Positions 25,866 to 32,000 of a DNA stretch of 32,000 nucleotides are shown here, piece by piece. Within the stretch, counting starts at the first letter, position 1; each line of letters opens with the position of its first letter. The stretch is from Telmatocola sphagniphila. Its GTDB lineage: Bacteria > Planctomycetota > Planctomycetia > Gemmatales > Gemmataceae. The stretch is from NCBI RefSeq assembly GCF_018398935.1, contig NZ_CP074694.1, forward strand, positions 2,370,001 to 2,402,000. Reading direction: 5' to 3'. A model generated the notes under the pieces. It ran no database searches, was not told where the DNA came from, and saw nothing but the letters and a program-made list of their open reading frames with translations. A program made the position numbers and the translations under genes.

Positions 25866-26400
25866 TACCTGAGGCGTTAATAGGGCCTAGGAAAATGTCG
25901 CGCCGATGCTTTTGGGATCGGCGTCGCAACTCAGGATCTTTATCTCACATCAGAATGCGAAAAGAACGAGGTAGCAGTTCGACCTCGCTACTGATTTTAG
26001 AGCTCTCATTTTTTGTTTAATTCCTGCCCGTATCAAACTTCACTTTCGGATCGAACCGAGCACATCACCTGAATCGGTCGGCAATTACACGATTATAAGA
26101 ATAACTTCAGCAAAACTCGCATTCGCCAGATTCCAAAATAGACGGTATTCGATTCGCTGCATCTTCTCATTAAAAAAAATCTTCATCCTCAAGATCCAAC
26201 ACAAAGCTGTTGAATTCTTTTTTTTTCGTAATAATGCAACGTCGCGGGAACTTTCTACCGAAAAGTTCGGTTTGTGCTGTAACCGATTGGCTGTTGGTGC
26301 ATCCAAGTAAGACCATCCTTGAGGATGAACTGAGGCATTGGTACCATTTCCGGTCACGAAGCCCGGGAATTTCAGTCGACTCTAATTGAGAGCCATTTTG

Positions 26401-27375
26401 ATGCCAAGGGACCAAATTCCCTCCAGTGAAATCACACCGGAGAGTCTTTATCTGAATCGACGAAATTTCATCAAAGCCGGTTTGGCCACGGCCAGTGTGG
26501 CTCTGACTGGGCTAGCGTACCGAAGTTTCAATCATACGGGTTCGGTAGCGGTCACTACCGAAGAATTACCAGGGATCCTCCCGGTATCGCCGGAAGGTTT
26601 AAAAAATGGCTTTTCTGTCGATGAGCCTCAAACACCCTTAGATCGAGCTGTAAATTACAACAATTTTTACGAATTCACTACCGACAAACAGGATGTCGCC
26701 GAGAGGTCCCGGGGCTTTGTCAGCAAGCCCTGGGAAGTCACAGTCGACGGAATGGTCCATAAGCCGAAGACCTTCGACATCGATGAAATCTTGAAACTCG
26801 TTCCACTCGAAGAACGAATCTACCGCATGCGCTGCGTCGAGACTTGGTCGATGGTCGTACCCTGGGTGGGAATTCCCCTGGGTAAACTGCTCGAAAGAGT
26901 CGAACCGATGGGCAGCGTCAAATTTGTGGCTTTCCAAACCCTGCTCGATCCGGAGCGGATGCCGGGACAGAAGAAGAAAGTTTTGGACTGGCCTTACGTG
27001 GAAGGCTTACGTCTGGATGAGGCAATGCATCCTTTGACAATCCTGGCCGTGGGTTTGTATGGACGGTTGTTGCCACCGCAAAACGGCGCTCCCCTTCGGC
27101 TCATCGTCCCCTGGAAGTATGGTTTCAAAGGGATTAAATCGATAGTGAAAATTACCCTGCTTGAAACCCAGCCTCCAACCACCTGGAACCTGCAAGGCCC
27201 AGGGGAATATGGTTTTTACGCCAATGTGAATCCAGCAGTTCCCCACCCGCGCTGGAGCCAGGCAACTGAACAACGGCTCGGCGAATCATCTCGTCGACCC
27301 ACCTTGCCTTTCAACGGTTACGCCGAACAGGTCGCCCACCTCTACCAGGGAATGGATCTCTGTAAAAATTATTAA
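26401..27375 (+). CDS. msrP: Protein-methionine-sulfoxide reductase catalytic subunit MsrP (YedY), molybdopterin enzyme, Tat-exported
   Basis: Near-collinear match to E. coli MsrP as I recall it: [113 protein letters not shown]. Tat motif [12 protein letters not shown] 26401 preferred over the track's TTG at 26386. Confidence 0.93.
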   Translation: MPRDQIPSSEITPESLYLNRRNFIKAGLATASVALTGLAYRSFNHTGSVAVTTEELPGILPVSPEGLKNGFSVDEPQTPLDRAVNYNNFYEFTTDKQDVAERSRGFVSKPWEVTVDGMVHKPKTFDIDEILKLVPLEERIYRMRCVETWSMVVPWVGIPLGKLLERVEPMGSVKFVAFQTLLDPERMPGQKKKVLDWPYVEGLRLDEAMHPLTILAVGLYGRLLPPQNGAPLRLIVPWKYGFKGIKSIVKITLLETQPPTTWNLQGPGEYGFYANVNPAVPHPRWSQATEQRLGESSRRPTLPFNGYAEQVAHLYQGMDLCKNY

Positions 27376-27390
27376 CTTGAGTCAGGATCT

Positions 27391-29103
27391 ATGGTAATCG
27401 ACCGATTCACAAAGTGCGTGGTCATCTTAAACTGTGCCGTGCCAGCGATACTGCTGGGGTGGGATGCAACTCAGAACGACCTGGGCGCCAACCCGGTTAA
27501 TTTTGCGATCCGCACAACCGGAATTCTTTCATTGATATTCCTGGTCTTGTCCTTGACCGTGACGCCTCTGAGCCGTCTCACGAAATGGAATTGGCTGGGA
27601 CAGTTTCGCCGCGTCTTGGGGCTTTTTGCATTTTTCTATGCCGCCGGTCACTTCGCCCTTTTTTTCCTGTTCGATCGCTCCGGTAAGATTCTCGATACTC
27701 TCTCTGAAATCGCTATGCGACGTTATCTTCTGGTGGGGACCATCGGCCTGTTAATTATGGTGCCGTTGGCCATCACTTCGACTAACGGGATGATCAAAAA
27801 ACTCGGACCGCAGCGCTGGAAGTTGCTCCATCGTTTGGCTTATGTAGCGGCCATCGCGGGAGCTTTGCATTTTTACATGCTCGTTAAGGCCGATACTACG
27901 CGTCCTCTGATTATTGCTGGTCTTTTCGCAATACTTCTGGGGTATCGAATCGTGGTTCACTATCTCCAACTCCGATCCGATTCTTTCCAGTATCGCAAAG
28001 CCGGCCCTCTCGCGGGAACTGGCGCTTCTAAACCCAGGCAATGGACGGGCCATCTGAGTGTGGCCAAAATATTCCAGGAGACACCGGAAATTAGGACCTT
28101 TCGCCTGGTTTGCCCGGGCTCAGCCAAGTTGCCCTTCGAACATTTGCCGGGGCAGTACCTCAACGTCGTTCTCGATATCGAAGGTAAGAAGGTACGCCGA
28201 TCTTACACGATTGCCTCAGCTCCCACTCGACAAGGCTACTGCGAACTGACAGTCAAGCGAGAGGAGAACGGCTTGGCTTCTCGTTTCTTGCATGATGAGG
28301 TTCGCGAAGGGACACTTCTGAATATCTCTGCTCCGGCAGGAAAATTCACCTTCACCGGGGCTCAAGCCGATCGGCTCGTAATGATAGCCGGAGGTGTCGG
28401 TATCACGCCGCTGATGGCGAAAATCCGCTACTTGACCGATCTTGGCTGGATGGGTCAAATGCATCTCATTTTTTCGGCGAAAGGGGAACGGGATATCATT
28501 TTTCGCTCCGAACTCGAAGAGCTGCAAAAACGATTTGCCAATTTGAAAGTCACGATCACCTTGACTCGAGACGCCTCGCCCAACTGGAGCGGAGAGCGAG
28601 GCCGCATCGATAGAGCCTTACTGACTCGTGTGGCGCCAGATCTTCAGACTTCCCGGATTCATCTCTGCGGACCTACGGAGATGACCAATCCGCTGATTGA
28701 GCTTCTGAAGGATTGGGGAGTTCCTCCCGAATCGATCCAGGTGGAATCTTTCGCCTCCCCGAGCCGCAAAAAGGACGGCGGCCACGATACCTCTACTGAG
28801 GATCCGATCAGAAAAGAAGTTACCCCGGAAGTGCTGGCGGCGGCGACGACGCTGGAGTTCAGCCGGAGCGACAAAATCATTACTAATCTCCAAGGGAAAA
28901 CTATATTGGAGCTTGCGGAAGATCAGGGTGTTGAGATTCCTTACGATTGCAGATCCGGCGTCTGCGGCCAGTGCAAAACCAGACTAATCTCGGGTAATGT
29001 GATTATGGAATCGGAGGATGCATTGGATCCCGTAGATCGAGCTAACGGACTGATTCTCAGTTGTCAGGCTCGGTGTCTCGATGAAGTGGTAGTTGATGCC
29101 TAG
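27391..29103 (+). CDS. msrQ: MsrQ (YedZ, heme-b ferric-reductase-like membrane subunit) fused to an FNR-like FAD/NAD(P)H reductase and a C-terminal plant-type 2Fe-2S ferredoxin domain
   Basis: aa 1-195: YedZ-like six-helix region (GANPVNFAIRTTG, RRVLGLFAFFYAAGHFALF, WKLLHRLAYVAAIAGALHFYM). aa ~218-455: RRSYTIAS (RxYS/T FAD motif), MIAGGVGITPLMA (NAD(P)H motif) and HLCGP. aa ~485-570: C520-x4-C525-x2-C528-x29-C558. Confidence 0.88.
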   Translation: MVIDRFTKCVVILNCAVPAILLGWDATQNDLGANPVNFAIRTTGILSLIFLVLSLTVTPLSRLTKWNWLGQFRRVLGLFAFFYAAGHFALFFLFDRSGKILDTLSEIAMRRYLLVGTIGLLIMVPLAITSTNGMIKKLGPQRWKLLHRLAYVAAIAGALHFYMLVKADTTRPLIIAGLFAILLGYRIVVHYLQLRSDSFQYRKAGPLAGTGASKPRQWTGHLSVAKIFQETPEIRTFRLVCPGSAKLPFEHLPGQYLNVVLDIEGKKVRRSYTIASAPTRQGYCELTVKREENGLASRFLHDEVREGTLLNISAPAGKFTFTGAQADRLVMIAGGVGITPLMAKIRYLTDLGWMGQMHLIFSAKGERDIIFRSELEELQKRFANLKVTITLTRDASPNWSGERGRIDRALLTRVAPDLQTSRIHLCGPTEMTNPLIELLKDWGVPPESIQVESFASPSRKKDGGHDTSTEDPIRKEVTPEVLAAATTLEFSRSDKIITNLQGKTILELAEDQGVEIPYDCRSGVCGQCKTRLISGNVIMESEDALDPVDRANGLILSCQARCLDEVVVDA

Positions 29104-29640
29104 TTCCAAGCGAAGGCCTAGTTAATAACTCGCCCCAATTAGAATTAACTTGGATGTGACTCTGTGCAAAAGCCTTTGAAAAAGGCGACGATACAGTGTG
29201 TGTGAGTCTTGAGTTGCAAACCTGTCCCGTGTGGCACTTGGATCTCGATTCCCCAGTGTAGAATTCTGAAACCGACGCTTTTTTCCTACGGATCTGAATC
29301 CTCGATTGCGTAGGAGAAAACTGCGTCTGGGTGTTGGCATCTCGTGATTACTCGTCGAAAAAATCCGTTGCCCAGATAAAGCGATTTCAATTGCTTTGAG
29401 TATTTCTGATGCAAAGAACGGCCTCTTGGAATCGAGTCCTTTCATTGCCACTAGCGTTCTCATTTTTCTCGAGGAAGATTGCTTCGGCCACGCCATCGAA
29501 CTCGATTTAGCAGTACTGACAGATTGCGGCGGCAACTACTCCCCTTCAGCTCGGCTCCACCTCTGGAGAACATCGCGATCAACGATTGGCACGATTGTTG
29601 CCTATTGCATCCCATCGATTTTTAACGAGGTAGTCAATCC

Positions 29641-30495
29641 ATGAGCGTTACCACGTCATTCAACTCTCCCAGTCCACCGGCTACGATCGCCGCGGAAGAC
29701 CCGAATATCCGGATTCGGGTTTTCGGCCATACCAATCTCATGTACTGGTGGCCGGTCTGGCTGATGGGTTTTCTAATGGCGGGGCTGACCTATATGGACG
29801 GTCACGTAATGGCCGTTGTTCCCGAGGGAACGGTCGCCGAGCAGAAAAAAAATATCGATGGGGCGGTCGGTCCACGTGACGTTTTGGTGGTTCCGCAGGG
29901 ACAGTCACTGCCGCAGCAGAATCCCAATAATACCGAACCTCAACCGCATATCCGGGTCGCTCTAAGCAATAATTACGGCGTAATTTTCGTAGCGACCATC
30001 CTCTTCGTCATCGTCGTGACTAATATCACGGTTCGCGGCCTCGCCTCACTTGTAGCCATCGGCGGCTTGATAATCGTTGCTCTGGTGCTCGCACAACTGC
30101 ACTTATGGGATCCGATCCTGCATTGGCTCGGAGGTCTGGATGTTCGTATGAATGCTGGCGGATACCTCGCCTTTGCTATTCCGATTTTTGTGTTGTGGAC
30201 CTTCAGCATGTTCGTTTATGATCGCTATACCTACCTGATCGTGACACCGGGACAAGTCACCATTCGGCAGGATATCGGCGATGGAGAAGTGGCGGTCGAC
30301 ACATCGTCTCTGATGTTGGAAAAACGACGCAACGATTTCTTCCGCCACTGGCTCTTAGGTTTCGGTGCGGGGGATCTTCACGTTAAAACGGGTGGAGCGG
30401 CCAATATCGATCTGGAACTGAATAATGTGTTATTTATTGGCCGAAAAGTCGCCTATATTCAGAACAAGATCCGGGAAAAAGAAATTGCGGCTTGA
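29641..30495 (+). CDS. Hypothetical integral membrane protein with a possible C-terminal bacterial-PH-like domain
   Basis: 284 aa with about four hydrophobic helices (WWPVWLMGFLMAGLTY, VIFVATILFVIVV, LVAIGGLIIVALVLA, YLAFAIPIFVLWTFSMFVY). The C-terminus (YLIVTPGQVTIRQ...GDLHVKTGG...ELNNVLF) is reminiscent of bPH/DUF304 topology. GAGG lies about 10 nt upstream. Confidence 0.65.
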   Translation: MSVTTSFNSPSPPATIAAEDPNIRIRVFGHTNLMYWWPVWLMGFLMAGLTYMDGHVMAVVPEGTVAEQKKNIDGAVGPRDVLVVPQGQSLPQQNPNNTEPQPHIRVALSNNYGVIFVATILFVIVVTNITVRGLASLVAIGGLIIVALVLAQLHLWDPILHWLGGLDVRMNAGGYLAFAIPIFVLWTFSMFVYDRYTYLIVTPGQVTIRQDIGDGEVAVDTSSLMLEKRRNDFFRHWLLGFGAGDLHVKTGGAANIDLELNNVLFIGRKVAYIQNKIREKEIAA

Positions 30496-31296
30496 ACCTC
30501 CGCGGTCTCAAGAAGTGAGACGCGATTCCAACTAGCTACGGGACGTTTTAGGCGAATTTCTGCTCTGGGATGCGAAACTAAGCTCGCAATTCGCAATTCT
30601 GAGAGCCGATTCCTTGCATTAGAGCACTCACTCGGGTAATTCGACGCCTTGGTGAAATTGAACTGGAGAGTTCCGCGTACGAATTACGGTACCCAAAAAT
30701 TGGCAGATACCTACTTCAGCCAAAGAGGTTGGTCAGAATCAAAAAATGAAAGCGGGCGAATTTCTGAACATTCGTGGGTCTGACGGAGCTTTTTCCGATA
30801 CTCAGGCGGCCGGAGAAACGTACAAAAGTGCTGATCGCCTTTTTTTCTGAAAGGTTTTCTGCCGAGCTCATTTAATGAGGATCTTGGGAGTGGTGGTGGC
30901 AACTAAAGCCTGAAGAGTCGCTTTCCAATAGTCAGGAATGATCCGGGGTTTGCGTTTCTTTACGACTAGTAGAAATTTCCGCCTGAATTCGGACTAATGC
31001 GAGGCGAAATCTTCAGCTGACTATTTGCAGATCATGAGATTCCAAGAAACTCACGAAATGAAACATATAATGCGGAACCATGGATTGATATATATATTTC
31101 TAGGTCTCTATTAAAAAGTTATGACAAATGTCCTAACCAACCTTTAATCAAACTTGTAGGGGGATGCAACTGCGAGGCATCATCGCGGTTGGGCTCGGAA
31201 GGATTTGAGATCTGCCCTGGAGCTGGATTTAAAAACTTAATCGCCGCGAATTATGCATATTCAGAAACCCCTCTCCCTAGTGCCTGATTGGACAAA

Positions 31297-31578
31297 ATGA
31301 ACGAGATTCACATCAAGATTCAAGAAATCCTGGAAGAGTTTACAGGGAATGAAATCGAACTATCGAAAATGGACCCCTCGACTCCTCTTCTTATTGCGTT
31401 TGAGGTAAACTCCCTGGATATACTCGAGATCATTTTCAGAATCGAGGAAATTTATGGCATTAGGCTCAGCCGGGAGCAACTGGAAACGCATAATTCCTTG
31501 GGAGGATTTCTGGAATTAGTCAATTCCCAAATCGAGCCTAGCCTGTCCGTGCGCGGCCGAACGAGCTCCACCAAATGA
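31297..31578 (+). CDS. Acyl/peptidyl carrier protein-like (PP-binding) small protein
   Basis: IQEILEEFTG...FEVNSLDILEIIFRIEEIYGIRLSREQL follows the ACP helix II pattern (G.DSLD.VEL....EEEFGI...), with NSL in place of DSL; the Ser would be the phosphopantetheine site. ATG 31297 preferred over TTG 31288. Confidence 0.6.
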   Translation: MNEIHIKIQEILEEFTGNEIELSKMDPSTPLLIAFEVNSLDILEIIFRIEEIYGIRLSREQLETHNSLGGFLELVNSQIEPSLSVRGRTSSTK

Positions 31579-31648
31579 ACGTCATCCCTTGAGAAGGCGA
31601 TGAGGATTCAGCGAAGCGATCTTTAGTCGAAAATTCCATTTTGGCGAA

Positions 31649-31670
31649 GAGCGAGGCAGGGTCCTCGCTC
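31649..31670 (+). repeat. GC-rich hairpin element, copy 2 (gagcgagg-cagggt-cctcgctc)
   Basis: A perfect 8-bp stem. It shares AGAGCGAGGCA...TCCTCGCTCG with the element at 15815-15838. It lies 70 nt after the ACP-like stop. Confidence 0.5.
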
Positions 31671-32000
31671 GCTACCCTTGCCATGAGTTACCTCTCAGTA
31701 AAACGCCGAGGGTATGGCTGCCAGCCCTGCTTCAATTGAGAGTAAATTCAAGTCGCATCCTTAACTCCGATAGATTGAGAAATTGATCGCGATCATGCAA
31801 GTCTGTCCATGAGGGCGGAATTCCCTCTCCTACAGCTACGCCTTATCTAAAAATACCGAATAGAATTGCGGCCGTCTTTCTCGAAGCTATAATGCCTGAA
31901 AACACTATTGGTTCATGAGGCATTCGGTGTGAATATTCTTGTTTTTTTATCTTTTAGCTCATTTTTTTGGGCTCCTACGCAGTCAACCGAGGCCCCAGTT

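Noticed and set aside
26048-26080. A tRNA T-arm-like string on the minus strand (tcgg-ttcgat-ccga).
   Set aside because: It has only a 4-bp stem with a 6-nt loop. No acceptor, D or anticodon arms can be built from the flanks.
29122-29644. A 137-aa minus-strand ORF and an 82-aa plus-strand ORF in the msrQ-downstream intergenic region.
   Set aside because: Both are Ser/Arg-rich and lack an RBS or any recognisable domain. The region is better treated as ~540 bp of non-coding or promoter DNA for the 29641 gene. A small real gene cannot be fully excluded.
31929-32000. A possible GTG-initiated N-terminus (VNILVFLSFSSFFWAPTQSTEAPV, signal-peptide-like) running off the window end.
   Set aside because: Only 24 codons are visible, there is no clear RBS, and the T-rich sequence would yield a hydrophobic translation anyway. 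It cannot be supported from this window alone.
1-32000. A search for CRISPR repeats, IS or transposon ends, integrases, phage genes, toxin-antitoxin pairs and known defence-system proteins.
   Set aside because: I recognised none. The RHH-like ORF at 18754 has no adjacent toxin-like partner, and the HicA-like segment at 15103 is fused to another domain and has no HicB neighbour.

Overview
The window reads as an ordinary chromosomal segment, probably from a Planctomycetota genome. That placement is an inference from three family signatures: a TIGR03000-type C-terminal domain, a PSCyt/DUF1592-type protein paired with a Tat-signal DUF1552-type protein, and several RRxF Tat leaders. I support 26 CDS. 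One of them, a 56-aa DUF3309-like membrane peptide, is too short to appear in the ORF track. I also call one clear Rho-independent terminator and a few hairpins and palindromes. I recognised no rRNA, tRNA, CRISPR array, transposase, integrase or phage gene. Layout, left to right: (1) RND efflux permease (5' truncated) plus adaptor. (2) A Tat-exported Rossmann-like protein. (3) A secreted, internally duplicated HExxH peptidase whose second copy has lost both His. (4) A minus-strand sensory block: E2-like acyltransferase, cupin, PAS/HisKA_3 kinase, NarL-type regulator, then a four-PAS hybrid kinase with a textbook LOV motif (GLNCRFLQG). (5) A divergent plus-strand stress-type run: BON, dodecin-like, an unknown two-part protein, YflT-like, Dps, TspO. 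(6) A TIGR03000 protein. (7) An AT-rich patch of small unknown genes. (8) The DUF1592/DUF1552 pair. (9) msrP followed by an msrQ fused to an FNR-like reductase and a 2Fe-2S ferredoxin. (10) A membrane protein. (11) A gene-poor AT-rich tail with an orphan acyl-carrier-like protein. I found no convincing new multi-gene system such as a defence island. The best candidates for follow-up are the MsrQ-FNR-ferredoxin fusion, the LOV kinase with its neighbouring stress cluster, the 234-aa two-part unknown at 15103-15807, and the triplicated small beta-domain genes at 19859-20779. All functional calls come from reading the translations by eye; no database search was run.
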